Below, piece after piece: positions 50,032 to 60,966 of a stretch of DNA of 64,000 nt. Each line of letters opens with the position of its first letter. Position 1 is the first letter of the stretch. The stretch spans positions 128,001 through 192,000 of the forward strand of contig OZ244744.1 of assembly GCA_965219455.1 (NCBI GenBank), given 5' to 3'. This stretch comes from Candidatus Latescibacterota bacterium. GTDB taxonomy: Bacteria > Latescibacterota > UBA2968 > GCA-2709665. A program made the translations under genes and the position numbers. Below the pieces are notes generated by a model. It did no database searches, had not been told where the DNA came from, and worked only from the letters and a program-made list of their open reading frames with translations.

Positions 50032-52584
50032 ATGAAAAGAGATAACCTTCGCGTTCTGATTATCCTCGCTGCGATCGTCCTCGCGTTGTATTACCTTTTT
50101 CCCACGTACCGGTATTATTTCGACCCGCCGGCGGATCCCGATAAACTCGAAGCCGTCAAACGGGAAGCCGTCAACCTGGGGCTGGATCTCCAGGGCGGCA
50201 TCCACCTGGTTCTTGAGGTGGATCCGACCGGCCTTTCCGAAGACGAACGGACGGATGTTGTAGATCGCGTCAAAGAAATCATCACCAACCGGGTTGATCA
50301 GTTCGGTGTGGCGGAACCCATTATCCATCGGGAGGGGGAGTGGCGCATTGTGGTCGAACTTCCTGGCGTGCAGAATGTGGAGCGCGCCAAGAATCTCATA
50401 CAGACGCAGGCGCGCCTGGAATTCAAAATCCTCGCGCCCGTAACCGACCGCTTCGGTGTACTCGACAAAATCGAAACGCGCCTGGCCGCAAGAGCCGGAG
50501 AAGACACAACGAAAAAGGACGTTGCCGGCCTATTTGAAGAGGAGGCCGTCGATGAAAAACCCTCGATTAAACGATATGTACTCTCCCTGGGCGAAGATCT
50601 GATTGTTCCTGCCGACAGGATACAGACCGTAAAGGCCATCCTGTTTGAAGATCCGGAAATCCGTGAGCTCATTCCGGACGATACGGAGTTCCTCTGGGGA
50701 AACGAAGTGGAAGAATTCGGCGATGGTCAGATGTACCGGCGGCTCTATTATCTGTACAAGCGCATCGAAATGACCGGCGACATCGTTCAGGACGCCAAGG
50801 TTACCAAGGGTCAGAGTTTTGAAAATGCCGGGCAGCCCATAATCAACTTTTCCACAACAAACGAAGGCATCAAACGCTTTTCCCGGGTGACCGGGGCCCA
50901 CCTCGAAGAACGCATGGCCATCATTCTCGATGACCAGGTCTACTCGGCGCCTACCATTCGCGCGAAAATTCGTGATGGCCGGTCCATTATCGAAGGCAGC
51001 GGCGACCTGGATGAGGCGAAAGACCTGGCCATTGTGCTGCGGGCGGGTGCCCTTCCGGCCAACGCGCCGATTGTAGAAGACCGAACCGTCGGTCCCTCGC
51101 TCGGACGGGACTCCATTGAGCAGGGGCGGAAGGCCGCCCTGATCGGTCTGGCCATCGTTATGGCATTTATGGTCCTTTACTACGGCCTTTCCGGGATCGT
51201 AGCCAACTTTGCATTGTTCCTGAATCTCCTGTTCGTCATGGCGATCCTGGCGGGGTTCGGCGGCACGCTCACCTTGCCTGGAATTGCCGGGATTATTCTA
51301 ACGATCGGTATTGCAGTCGACGCCAACGTGCTCATCTTCGAGCGTATCCGTGAAGAGTTGCGCAACGGCAAGACCCTCCGCGTCGCCGTCGAAGACGGGT
51401 ACGGCAGAGCGCTGCTCACCATTGTCGACGCCAACGTCACCACGGTAATAACCGCCGTTGTGCTCTACCAGTTCGGTACGGGTCCCATCCGGGGCTTCGC
51501 ACTGACCCTCATGGTCGGTATTCTCTGCAGTATGTTCACAGCCCTGTTCGTGACGCGGACCCTCTTCAGAATCGCGATCAAACGCTGGCAACTGACGTCC
51601 ATCAGTATTGGCAGACTGACCATATTCCATCGTCCATCATTTGACTTCCTGAGCCTGCGCAAACCGGCGTTCGTGCTTTCGGCGCTTCTTATCCTGATCG
51701 GTCTGGGTTCCACGATTTACAGGGGAGGCTACAACCTCGGAATTGACTTCGCGGGCGGTACCCTGTTGGAGTTGCACTTCGAACCTCCGGTCGAGGTTGC
51801 AAACCTGCGGGCTACCCTGCAAGACGTCGACGTGAAGGGTGAAAGACGCGACTTGAGACACAGCGAGATCAAAATTTTCGGCCCGGCTTCAGATATTCTG
51901 ATTCGCGTCGAGGAAGAAACCGAAGGGACAGTCACGGCGGACGCCATAAAAAACACGCTCAAGTCGGAATTTGCGTCCAGCATTCCCGATCCAACGCAGT
52001 GGTTGAGGCGTCAGGAGGCAGTGGGGCCCAAGATCGGCAGTGAACTCAAACAAAACGCCGTTAATGCAATTCTCGTCTCGCTGGTCCTGATCGTTTTCTA
52101 CATCTGGTGGCGTTTCAAGCAGATCCAGTTCGGCATCGCCGCCGTCGTGGCGCTGTTCCACGACGTCCTGCTCACTCTTGGCGTTTTTTCCCTGTTGGAT
52201 AAAGAGATTTCTCTCGCTATCGTGGCCGCGTTGCTTACGATCGTTGGATACTCGCTGAACGATACGATCGTGGTATACGATCGCATCCGGGAAAATCGGA
52301 AGCTTTACCGGCGAGACAATTCGGCCGAGGTTATCAACCGAAGCATCAACGAGAGCCTCAATCGGACGGTTCTTACCTCAGGTACAACGCTGCTCGTTGT
52401 CCTGGGCCTGCTTCTCCTCGGCGGGGAGGTCATTCACGATTTTGCTTTCGCATTGATGATCGGCGTGATCGTAGGAACCTATTCATCTTCATTCGTGGCC
52501 AGTCCTCTCGTGCTGGTCTGGCAGAATGCCATTGATCGCCGGAAAGAGACCGCAGCAGTGTCCTCCCGCCGGGCGAGAGCATAA
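50032..52584 (+). CDS. secDF: Fused protein translocase subunit SecDF
   Basis: NLGLDLQGG, VGPSLG, LTLPGIAG..IGIAVDANVLIFERIREE, GIDFAGG, GYSLNDTIVVYDRIRE. Confidence 0.96.
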   Translation: MKRDNLRVLIILAAIVLALYYLFPTYRYYFDPPADPDKLEAVKREAVNLGLDLQGGIHLVLEVDPTGLSEDERTDVVDRVKEIITNRVDQFGVAEPIIHREGEWRIVVELPGVQNVERAKNLIQTQARLEFKILAPVTDRFGVLDKIETRLAARAGEDTTKKDVAGLFEEEAVDEKPSIKRYVLSLGEDLIVPADRIQTVKAILFEDPEIRELIPDDTEFLWGNEVEEFGDGQMYRRLYYLYKRIEMTGDIVQDAKVTKGQSFENAGQPIINFSTTNEGIKRFSRVTGAHLEERMAIILDDQVYSAPTIRAKIRDGRSIIEGSGDLDEAKDLAIVLRAGALPANAPIVEDRTVGPSLGRDSIEQGRKAALIGLAIVMAFMVLYYGLSGIVANFALFLNLLFVMAILAGFGGTLTLPGIAGIILTIGIAVDANVLIFERIREELRNGKTLRVAVEDGYGRALLTIVDANVTTVITAVVLYQFGTGPIRGFALTLMVGILCSMFTALFVTRTLFRIAIKRWQLTSISIGRLTIFHRPSFDFLSLRKPAFVLSALLILIGLGSTIYRGGYNLGIDFAGGTLLELHFEPPVEVANLRATLQDVDVKGERRDLRHSEIKIFGPASDILIRVEEETEGTVTADAIKNTLKSEFASSIPDPTQWLRRQEAVGPKIGSELKQNAVNAILVSLVLIVFYIWWRFKQIQFGIAAVVALFHDVLLTLGVFSLLDKEISLAIVAALLTIVGYSLNDTIVVYDRIRENRKLYRRDNSAEVINRSINESLNRTVLTSGTTLLVVLGLLLLGGEVIHDFAFALMIGVIVGTYSSSFVASPLVLVWQNAIDRRKETAAVSSRRARA

Positions 52585-52600
52585 CCCGGCAATCTGAACC

Positions 52601-52641
52601 CAATAGGAAAGCCCGGCGATGTTCGCCGGGCTTTCCTATTG
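52601..52641. terminator. Bidirectional terminator between convergent secDF and PBP1A
   Basis: Perfect stem caataggaaagcccggcga / tcgccgggctttcctattg. Confidence 0.85.
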
Positions 52642-52692
52642 TTATCTGCAAATTACGCTGTTTGGTCGATTCCAAAAACACGGGACGGGACA

Positions 52693-54846
52693 CTAAAACT
52701 GATACGCACGTTTCGCGTTCTCCCGATCCTGTTTCTTCAGGCCGGGATGCCGGACGACGGCCGCCGTATGGTCCGGACAGGGAGACGTCGGCTCGGCTCC
52801 GGGCACGAACACTTCTTCCAGTCGACTCGGGCAATACATCGAAGCCACCTCAAACGTATCGCCACATACCTCCATCCGGGCGACGCCCGGCGGCAGTTCA
52901 AATTTCTCCTCGGGCAATTCGAGTGTCTCGTGTGCTTTTTTCATGAATTTCGCCCATACCGGCAGCGCCACGGCCGCGCCCGACATCCTGCTTCCCAGAG
53001 ACGCCCGATAGTCGTCGAACCCTACCCAGACGCCGGCCACGATCTGTGGCGTGAAGCCCACAAACCACGTGTCCGCGAAGTTCTGAGTGGTACCCGTTTT
53101 TCCTGCGGCCGGCCGCCGAAACCCATATATCGATCGGGCGCCTGAACCGGTGCCGCGCCAGATTCCCTTGGGCGTCTGCTTCCGCATATCCATCACGGAC
53201 TGAAGCATGCTCGTCGCGACGGCGGCCGCCTCCGCACTGAGCGCCTCGTGCTCCTGGCCCTGAACCCGGCTTTCCATAAGGCTGCCGTCCTTGTCCGTGA
53301 TCTTCACAATGGCGACCGGCTCCACGCGGATGCCACCGTTGGGAAACGTCCCGTAGGCGGCCACCAGGTCGATCAGTTTCACTTCACTTGTACCCATGCC
53401 GAGAGACTTCACTGCCCGGATCCTGCTGGAAATTCCCATGCGCTTCGCCTGGTTCACCGCGGTGCGGGGCCCAATCTCTTCCAGAATTTTCGTTGTCACC
53501 ACATTCCGAGACATGGCAAGGCCGTCCCGCATCGTCATCCAGCCCAGGAACTTCCGATCGTAGTTCTGCGGCCGCCACAGGCTGCCGTCGTACATCTCTA
53601 CCGTAACGGCCGTATCCGGATACCGACGCGTGGGCGGAATCTTCTGCGCGATTGCCGACGCATAGATGATCGGCTTAAATGCCGATCCTGGCTGGCGAAG
53701 GGCTTGAACGGCCCGGTTGAATTTGGTCTCGGTGAAGTCACGGCCACCTACCATAGCCAGAATGTGTCCCGTGCGGGTGTCCAGCGCGACCAGCGCTCCC
53801 TGTACCACCGTGGCCTTCAGCGAGTCTTCCCGGGTGCGGATTCCAGCCCAAAAAGTCGAATCCGGCGGGCTCCGCCGTCTTTTCGCCTCCACCCTTTTCT
53901 GTACCGTATCCAGGTGGTTCAGCAGGGTCTCCTCGGCAATTGCCTGAATACGGCTGTCCACAGTCGAATAGACCGACGCGCCGTCCTTATACAATAGATT
54001 CCAACCGTATTTTTTCTCGAGGTAACGGCGAATATACTCCGTGAAATACGGCGCTTCACCGATCTCTTCATCCACGGTTTCCTTTAGGATAATGGGGCGC
54101 CGCGTGGCGGAAATGTATTGCGCCTGAGTGATTCGGCCCGTGTTGCGCATCAAACGAAGTACCACGTCACGCCGATCTCTGGCCCGTCGGGGATGGTTGA
54201 TCGGTGAGTAGAAATAAGGTCCTCGGAGCAGTCCGACCAGCAGCGCGCACTCGTCCGACGTCAACTCCTGGGCGTCCTTGCCGAAGAACCGCTCTGCTGC
54301 GGACTGAATGCCGTATGCACCGTTTCCAAACAGGACCTTATTGAAATATATTTCGATTATTTCCCGTTTCGTATACGTCCGCTCGAGCAGCACGGCCGTC
54401 AACTGCTCCTTCACCTTCCGGGTCCATGTCTGTTTCTGGTCCAGGAACAGGTTCCGGGCGAGTTGCTGCGTAATCGTGCTGGCGCCGTGGCCCTTCAGTC
54501 TGCCTTCCTGCGTCACGTTGCGCAATACGGCGCGGAAGATATCGGGCAGGCTCACACCCCAATGCCGCCAGAAGAGCTGATCCTCCGTTGCGGTCAGAGC
54601 CCAGATAGCGGCCTCGGGAATCTGGTTGTAAGCAATCGGCACCCTATTCTCGACCCAGAACCGCTTCAGCACCGCGCCGTCGGCGGAGATGATGCTGGTG
54701 GTTCGCGCGGGTTCCACCTCCTCCAATTGTGCAAAGGAGGGCAACTCATCCTTGAATCGAAGCACCACCCCTCCCGCGACGCTCGCATACACCAGTACGC
54801 AGATCCCACAATAGAACAAAATTCGCCGTGCATAGTATCTCAACAT
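52693..54846 (-). CDS. mrcA: Penicillin-binding protein 1A (bifunctional TG/TP)
   Basis: ATED..F..H.G, GASTITQQLARN, RKVKE, GSAFK (SxxK), SRN, GKTGT. Confidence 0.9.
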   Translation of the reverse strand: MLRYYARRILFYCGICVLVYASVAGGVVLRFKDELPSFAQLEEVEPARTTSIISADGAVLKRFWVENRVPIAYNQIPEAAIWALTATEDQLFWRHWGVSLPDIFRAVLRNVTQEGRLKGHGASTITQQLARNLFLDQKQTWTRKVKEQLTAVLLERTYTKREIIEIYFNKVLFGNGAYGIQSAAERFFGKDAQELTSDECALLVGLLRGPYFYSPINHPRRARDRRDVVLRLMRNTGRITQAQYISATRRPIILKETVDEEIGEAPYFTEYIRRYLEKKYGWNLLYKDGASVYSTVDSRIQAIAEETLLNHLDTVQKRVEAKRRRSPPDSTFWAGIRTREDSLKATVVQGALVALDTRTGHILAMVGGRDFTETKFNRAVQALRQPGSAFKPIIYASAIAQKIPPTRRYPDTAVTVEMYDGSLWRPQNYDRKFLGWMTMRDGLAMSRNVVTTKILEEIGPRTAVNQAKRMGISSRIRAVKSLGMGTSEVKLIDLVAAYGTFPNGGIRVEPVAIVKITDKDGSLMESRVQGQEHEALSAEAAAVATSMLQSVMDMRKQTPKGIWRGTGSGARSIYGFRRPAAGKTGTTQNFADTWFVGFTPQIVAGVWVGFDDYRASLGSRMSGAAVALPVWAKFMKKAHETLELPEEKFELPPGVARMEVCGDTFEVASMYCPSRLEEVFVPGAEPTSPCPDHTAAVVRHPGLKKQDRENAKRAYQF

Positions 54847-54994
54847 CTTACGGACTTCCAATCTGAAATAGATCGAACGCTTCCGGGCGGGACCGATGCC
54901 CCTGCATTCCGGCCGGGTTCGTCCGCCGTTGGCCGGCCTGGAACCATTTATCGAATTCGAGCCAGCGGCCCGTTTGTGTCTGTGGGCAAACGCG

Positions 54995-57679
54995 TTATGA
55001 CATCACCGCTGCAAGATTCTTGTTCAACCTGCCGAGCGCACTCTGGTACTGTGCGTGCCGCGCCTTCTCCCTGGAGACGACCTCCGCGGGCGCATTGTTA
55101 AGAAATCCGGAGTTACTGAGCTTTCTGTCCAGCCCGCCCAGCAACGCCTCCAGCTTCCCGATCTCCTTCTTCAGACGCTGGCGCTCCACGTCAAGATCGA
55201 TCAGCCCTTGTAAAGGCACAAAGATCTCGACATCCCTCAACACGGCGCTGGCGGAAGCCGCCGGGCGGATAATATGAGCGCCTATGCGAAGATCCGCAAC
55301 CCTGGCAAGCGCTCGAAAATAAACCTCGAATCGGGTCAGAACGTCCCCGATATCTGCCGAATTCACCTTCAAGTGGACATCCGCGCGCCTGCCCGGCGGC
55401 ACGCGCATCGTACCGCGAATATTCCTGACCGCACCCACAACCGCCTGCAATAGCGCCATCTCGCGTTCCGCCGTCGCGTCGAATCGTCCGGAGTTCGCTT
55501 CCGGCCACTTCGCAACAATCAGCGCTTCTCCAGAGTGTGGAAGTTGCTGCCACAGTGCTTCGGAGATAAACGGCGCCAACGGATGAAGCAAACGCAGGGA
55601 GCCCTCCAGCACATGGACGAGCACACGCCGCGCGGTCATTCCCGCTTCCGGGTCACTGCCGTTCAGCCGCACCTTGGCGATTTCCAGGTACCAGTCGCAA
55701 TATGCGTTCCATACGAATTCGTATAGGGTTCTGGATGCTTCGTCAAAACGATAGGCCTCCAGAGACTCCGTCACGGCGCACACTGTGCGGTTGTACTGGC
55801 TGAGTATCCATCGATCCGCAGGATCGTCAGGCGAAACCGGTGGCCGCGTGCACCTAAAGTCATCCCCTTCAAGGTTCATCTGTACAAACCGCGCCGCATT
55901 CCAGATCTTGTTGCAAAAATTCCTGCAGGACTCCGTTATGGGGGAATCCTGTAAATCGTTGTCCGCGACGTCGGCGTCAAAGCGAATGTCCTGTGAACTG
56001 CCGCACTGGTAAAGCAACGACAGACGCGTTGCATCCGCGCCGTACCGCTCGATCAGTTCCCTCGGATCGATCCCGGTACCCAGCGACTTACTCATCCGTT
56101 TTCCGTCGCGCGTCTGGACGGTCGGATGAACAAGAACCGTTCCGAAAGGAATCTCTTCCACGAACTCCACGGCCGTCATTATCATCCGCGCCACCCACAG
56201 GAAGAGAATATCCCTGCCGGTTATCATCAGATCGGTTGGATGGAACACCGTCAAGTCCTCGGCCGGCTCCGGCCATCCGAGGGTGGCGAAGGGCCAGAGA
56301 GCCGACGAAAACCAGGTATCCAGAACGTCCGGATCCTGCACAAGCTCCCGGTTGCCGCAGGCATCGCAACGTACGGGCGCATCCACCCGAACCAGCACCT
56401 TTCCGCAGTCCTCGCAGGTCCACACGGGGATCCGGTGTCCCCACCAGATCTGCCGGGAGATGCACCAGTCCTGAATGTTTTCGAGCCAGTCAACGGAATA
56501 TTCTCGAAATCGATCCGGTACATATTTGATCTCTTGCCTTCTCAAGGCGGGCAGAGCCTGATCCGCCAGGGACCTCATAGCCAGAAACCACTGGTCCATC
56601 GGCAGTGGCTCGATGGGAGTGCCACACTTATCGTGGTGCGGCACCATATGTTCGTAATCCTCGATGCGCTCGAGTAGTCCCGATTCCTTCAGGGCCGCAA
56701 TCACCGCTTTCCGGCAGGCGAACCGGTCCATGCCGCTAAACGATGCGGCTTCCTGGTTCATCTCTCCGCTGAATCCAATGACCTGGATCTCTGGCAATCC
56801 GTGCCGTAACCCGATTTCGTAGTCATTGGGGTCGTGCGCGGGCGTCACCTTAACCGCGCCGCTACCCATCTCCGGATCCGCGTACCGATCGGCCACAATC
56901 GGGATCGGCCGCTCCATTAGCGGCAACATGACACGGCCGCCAATGGCCCGTTGCCAGCGCCGGTCTTCGGGATGCACCGCCACGCCCGTATCTCCCAACA
57001 TCGTCTCAGGACGCGTCGTGGCAACCACCACGTCCGGCCCACCTTCCAGACCCGGATATCTGATATGCCACAGGTATCCTTCATGTTCCCGCTCCTCCAC
57101 CTCCAGGTCCGATATGACCGTGCCGCACCTCGGGCACCAATTTACCATCCGCTTGCCTCGGTAGACCCATCCCTTTTCATAAAATCTCACAAAAGCGGAC
57201 AATACCGCCTGGGCGTATTCACCATCCATGGTAAACCGTTCACGGCCCCAATCGTAGCTGCATCCCATTTCCCGGAGCTGGTTGAGAATGGTTCCGCCGT
57301 ATTCTTGTTTCCAGACCGCGATACGCTTTAACATCTCCTCCCGGCCAATATCGTGGCGTCCCTTTCCTTCCTCCTCAAAAATCTGTTGTTCTACCTTCAT
57401 CTGGGTGGCAATGCCGGCGTGGTCGGTACCCGGCAGGCAGAGCGTCCGATACCCCTGCATTCGCTTCCATCGCACCACGGCATCATGAATTGCATGCTGC
57501 AGCGCGTGCCCCATGTGAAGCTCTCCGGTGACATTAGGCGGTGGAATCGTGATGGAATACGCCTTTCCGACGGCCCGATATTCCGGCCTGAAATAGCCCC
57601 TTGTCTCCCAGAAGGCGTACCAGGTCTTTTCGACCGACCCTGGATCGTACTTTTTTTCGTGCACGGCCTGTTCTCCCAT
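54995..57679 (-). CDS. valS: Valine--tRNA ligase
   Basis: PPPNVTGELHMGH, GTDHAGIATQ, DWCISRQIWWGH, RMSKS, C-terminal coiled coil. Confidence 0.98.
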   Translation of the reverse strand: MGEQAVHEKKYDPGSVEKTWYAFWETRGYFRPEYRAVGKAYSITIPPPNVTGELHMGHALQHAIHDAVVRWKRMQGYRTLCLPGTDHAGIATQMKVEQQIFEEEGKGRHDIGREEMLKRIAVWKQEYGGTILNQLREMGCSYDWGRERFTMDGEYAQAVLSAFVRFYEKGWVYRGKRMVNWCPRCGTVISDLEVEEREHEGYLWHIRYPGLEGGPDVVVATTRPETMLGDTGVAVHPEDRRWQRAIGGRVMLPLMERPIPIVADRYADPEMGSGAVKVTPAHDPNDYEIGLRHGLPEIQVIGFSGEMNQEAASFSGMDRFACRKAVIAALKESGLLERIEDYEHMVPHHDKCGTPIEPLPMDQWFLAMRSLADQALPALRRQEIKYVPDRFREYSVDWLENIQDWCISRQIWWGHRIPVWTCEDCGKVLVRVDAPVRCDACGNRELVQDPDVLDTWFSSALWPFATLGWPEPAEDLTVFHPTDLMITGRDILFLWVARMIMTAVEFVEEIPFGTVLVHPTVQTRDGKRMSKSLGTGIDPRELIERYGADATRLSLLYQCGSSQDIRFDADVADNDLQDSPITESCRNFCNKIWNAARFVQMNLEGDDFRCTRPPVSPDDPADRWILSQYNRTVCAVTESLEAYRFDEASRTLYEFVWNAYCDWYLEIAKVRLNGSDPEAGMTARRVLVHVLEGSLRLLHPLAPFISEALWQQLPHSGEALIVAKWPEANSGRFDATAEREMALLQAVVGAVRNIRGTMRVPPGRRADVHLKVNSADIGDVLTRFEVYFRALARVADLRIGAHIIRPAASASAVLRDVEIFVPLQGLIDLDVERQRLKKEIGKLEALLGGLDRKLSNSGFLNNAPAEVVSREKARHAQYQSALGRLNKNLAAVMS

Positions 57680-57757
57680 TCCGCTAAACCGTTCCTTTTC
57701 CCATTAGACGGCGTTCTAGAAGATTGATTCCGTATACGGCCTGTCGTCGACCGGTCC

Positions 57758-58540
57758 TCAACTGCCGTAGGGCACTGATGGCCCCTCTGCAGCCAGCATT
57801 CGATTCAGAAAATCCAGCGACTTGACCTGGCCCCGGTTTCCAATATGGCGCCACAAAAAGCTGCGTAGCACACGACGCGCTTCGTTGGTGTCGCTCGCGT
57901 GGAAACCCTTCTCGTCGATTCGGTCTGCACGTGCAATCTGAAGTTGCTCCAGGAATTGGATGGTAGCCATTTTGACTCCAAGGCCCCCGCTTTCGCAACG
58001 GCGGCAGACCGTACCGCCACGCCCGGCGTCGAAACAGACCCTGCCGCCGGTTATCCGAACGCCACATTGGACGCAACCGCTCAGATGGGGACGATAGCCC
58101 AGCGCCGCGGCCGCCTTGAGCTGAAAATACCAAAGCGGCAATTCAACCGCCTGTTCCTCAACCGTTTCCATCCATCGCAGCGTTTCCAGGGTAACACTGC
58201 ATAAAAGGGAATTCGCATCTTCTTCCGGCGTCAGGCGATCCAGCAGATCACACACGGCGCTTGCGTAGACAAGGCGCCGGTAGACCCGTTTGATGCCCTC
58301 AAAGGGATACAGAATATCACCTTCACTCAAAGTCTGTAATTCTCGGTTTTCACGGCTATAGAAAACATAAGCGCCCCAGGTAATCGGCTCCACGCTGGCG
58401 CCGAACTTACTCCTGGGGCGCCGGGCGCCCCTGGCGACAACCCGCACCTTACCCGCGGTACGGGTATAGATTACCACCACCTTGCTGCTCTCGCTCATCC
58501 GGTAGCCGCGCAGAACCAAACCTTCGGTTTTCGATATCAT
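57758..58540 (-). CDS. recO: DNA repair protein RecO
   Basis: ESSKVV.IYT..GKV..VARGARRPRS, GYRP.LS.CVQC...C zinc finger. Confidence 0.93.
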   Translation of the reverse strand: MISKTEGLVLRGYRMSESSKVVVIYTRTAGKVRVVARGARRPRSKFGASVEPITWGAYVFYSRENRELQTLSEGDILYPFEGIKRVYRRLVYASAVCDLLDRLTPEEDANSLLCSVTLETLRWMETVEEQAVELPLWYFQLKAAAALGYRPHLSGCVQCGVRITGGRVCFDAGRGGTVCRRCESGGLGVKMATIQFLEQLQIARADRIDEKGFHASDTNEARRVLRSFLWRHIGNRGQVKSLDFLNRMLAAEGPSVPYGS

Positions 58541-58884
58541 TTCTCGGTTACCGACTTCGGGGACGGCGCACCAGGGTACACCATATAGACCGTTTCGTTT
58601 TCCTTAACCATCCCGTACCGCTCCCGCGCAATCCTCTCAATGATCTCCAGGTCGTTCTTCAACATCTCGACTTCGGTCTCCAACCGCCGGTTTTCGGCCC
58701 TTACGGTTTCAATCTCACCGTACATCGCCTCAATCTCCCGGCTTCGCTCCCGAATCTGCATATACCCACTGTCTCCCGCGAAAAATAAATAGACGAACCA
58801 CAGGGCAGGCAGCGCCCACAGGAATCGATACATCCTTCTGCGGGGTGCGTACAGATATTCCCGTTTTCCTCTATAAAATTTCAT
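58537..58884 (-). CDS. ftsB: Septum formation initiator (FtsB/DivIC)
   Basis: Single TM, coiled coil, IERIARERYGMVKENE. Confidence 0.85.
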   Translation of the reverse strand: MKFYRGKREYLYAPRRRMYRFLWALPALWFVYLFFAGDSGYMQIRERSREIEAMYGEIETVRAENRRLETEVEMLKNDLEIIERIARERYGMVKENETVYMVYPGAPSPKSVTEK

Positions 58885-58969
58885 TCCGAAAAACCCCTGT
58901 GAACGATTGGATCGTCAAGGACTTCACGCCGGAGAAACGGTGCGCGGTCGAAAGCATTGGAACGGACGG

Positions 58970-60124
58970 CTACAGCACCAAAAGATCGTCCCGGTGAACC
59001 ACCTCTCCTCCGGTTTCCACGTCCAGAATCGACACGACCTCGCCCGTTGATTTACCCAATATCCGCTGTACCTCGTCCGAGCCGTACTTCACCACTCCGC
59101 GTGCGACCTCCAGCCGACGGCGGTCTTCAACAGCAATCAACTCTCCGGCCTCAAAGGCGCCTACCACCTTTACGATACCTGAAGGCAACAGGCTCTTTCC
59201 GCGTTTCACGATTGCCTCCACAGCGCCGTCGTCCACGATCACGGCGCCTTGTCGACGGGAATTGGCAATCCAGAGCTTGCGGCTGGGAAGCTTCTCCCTC
59301 GCGGCAAGAAATAATGTGCCCGATGGCATACCTGCAAGGATCTGGCCCAATCCCATCTTGTGCCCGTTTGCAATCACCGCCAACCTGCCTCCTCGGGTCA
59401 CACTCTGTGCCGCCTCCAGTTTTGAACGCATTCCGCCCAGGCTCACCTGGCTACCGGCTTTCCCGGCCCTTTCGATCATTTCGGGGCCAACCTCCTCAAC
59501 CCGCGCAATGAGGCGTGCGTCCAAGTGGCGGTCCGGGTCTTCCGAGTAAAGCCCATCAACGTCGGTCAGGATAACAAGAAGGTCAGCGTCGACCAGATGT
59601 GCCACGAGCGCGGAGAGGCGATCGTTGTCACCTACCGAAAGCTGGAGTTCCTCAACCGCCACGCTGTCGTTTTCGTTAAGAATCGGAACGGCACCGAAGC
59701 GAAACAACGAATCCAGCGTATTCCGCGCGTTAACGTAACGGCGCCGGTTATCAAGGTCATCGGCAGTCAGCAGGACCTGTCCAACGGGAATATGATGGGA
59801 TCGGAACGCCAGTTTGTACGCATTCATCACCAGCCCCTGTCCAACCGCCGCGGTTGCCTGCAACGCTGACAATCGTCGCGGCCGCTCCTTCAGGCCCAGC
59901 CGGCCCATGCCGGCCCCGACGGCGCCCGACGACACAACGGCAACCTGTATTCCCGTCCGGCGCAATTCTGCCACATCGGTAGCCAGTCGCTCAATCAACT
60001 TCAGATTCAGCGCGCGGTCCTGTTGCGTGACCAGACGCGTGCCCAGCTTCACCACGACGCGCCGAACACCTTCGAACAGCGTCTTTCGTTCAGGGCAGGT
60101 CCGGTTCGGATCGGAGTCACGCAT
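58970..60124 (-). CDS. proB: Glutamate 5-kinase
   Basis: VVKLGT, VSSGAVGAG, NENDSV, GDNDRLS, GGMRSK, PUA domain; RBS GGAGGA before ATG 60124. Confidence 0.95.
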   Translation of the reverse strand: MRDSDPNRTCPERKTLFEGVRRVVVKLGTRLVTQQDRALNLKLIERLATDVAELRRTGIQVAVVSSGAVGAGMGRLGLKERPRRLSALQATAAVGQGLVMNAYKLAFRSHHIPVGQVLLTADDLDNRRRYVNARNTLDSLFRFGAVPILNENDSVAVEELQLSVGDNDRLSALVAHLVDADLLVILTDVDGLYSEDPDRHLDARLIARVEEVGPEMIERAGKAGSQVSLGGMRSKLEAAQSVTRGGRLAVIANGHKMGLGQILAGMPSGTLFLAAREKLPSRKLWIANSRRQGAVIVDDGAVEAIVKRGKSLLPSGIVKVVGAFEAGELIAVEDRRRLEVARGVVKYGSDEVQRILGKSTGEVVSILDVETGGEVVHRDDLLVL

Positions 60125-60177
60125 CGTTCCATCCTCCACTGGCAGCCCCCGCTTTCTTTTTGTCATGCATCGATCCA

Positions 60178-60966
60178 TTACAAATCCACCCTGACCCGTG
60201 GCCGCACACAGACACCCCGCCTGGCCAGATACGCTTTCACCTGGGGAATGCTGTAGTGCCGATAATGAAAAATAGACGCCGCCAGAGCCGCACTCGCCTT
60301 GCCTTGATGAAGCACCTGATACATGTGCTCCGGCCCACCTGAACCCCCGGAAGCCACGATCGGCACGTCTACAAGATCCGCCACGGCGCGGTTCAACTCA
60401 ATGTCATACCCCTCCCTCGTGCCATCAGCATCGATGCTGTTCAACACCAGCTCCCCCGCGCCTCTGTCGACCAATTCCAATGCCCATTCCAGGGCATCTC
60501 TGCCCGTCCGCTTCCTTCCCCCGTCGATCATGACTTCCCATTCCGGTGTTTCGGACTTGCCTACGCGTCGAATTGCGTCTATGGATCCGACAATTGCCTG
60601 TGTGCCGAAACGCTCTGCACCACGGGTAATCACCTCCGGCGTGCGGACCGCGGCCGAATTGATGGATGCCTTTTCGGCGCCGCCTTCGATGATCGTGCGA
60701 ATATCGTCAAACGTCCGTACGCCGCCGCCCACCGTAAACGGGATAAATACCTGCTCCGATACCTGGCGAACGAGATCAGCCACGATCTCTCGCTTCTCGG
60801 CCGACGCCGTAATATCGAAAAAAACAAGCTCGTCAGCCCCTTCCTCGTCGTACCGACGGGCCAGTTCGACAGGATCTCCGGCGTCCCGGTCAGCCGAAAA
60901 CTTCACCCCGCGTACATTCCGACCGTTCTTGACGTCCAGACAGGGTATGATTCGTTTCGCTAGCAT
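60178..60966 (-). CDS. hisF: Imidazole glycerol phosphate synthase cyclase subunit
   Basis: KRIIPCLDV, GADELVFFDI, PFTVGGG, SIDADGT, ASGG, LAASIFH. Confidence 0.97.
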   Translation of the reverse strand: MLAKRIIPCLDVKNGRNVRGVKFSADRDAGDPVELARRYDEEGADELVFFDITASAEKREIVADLVRQVSEQVFIPFTVGGGVRTFDDIRTIIEGGAEKASINSAAVRTPEVITRGAERFGTQAIVGSIDAIRRVGKSETPEWEVMIDGGRKRTGRDALEWALELVDRGAGELVLNSIDADGTREGYDIELNRAVADLVDVPIVASGGSGGPEHMYQVLHQGKASAALAASIFHYRHYSIPQVKAYLARRGVCVRPRVRVDL

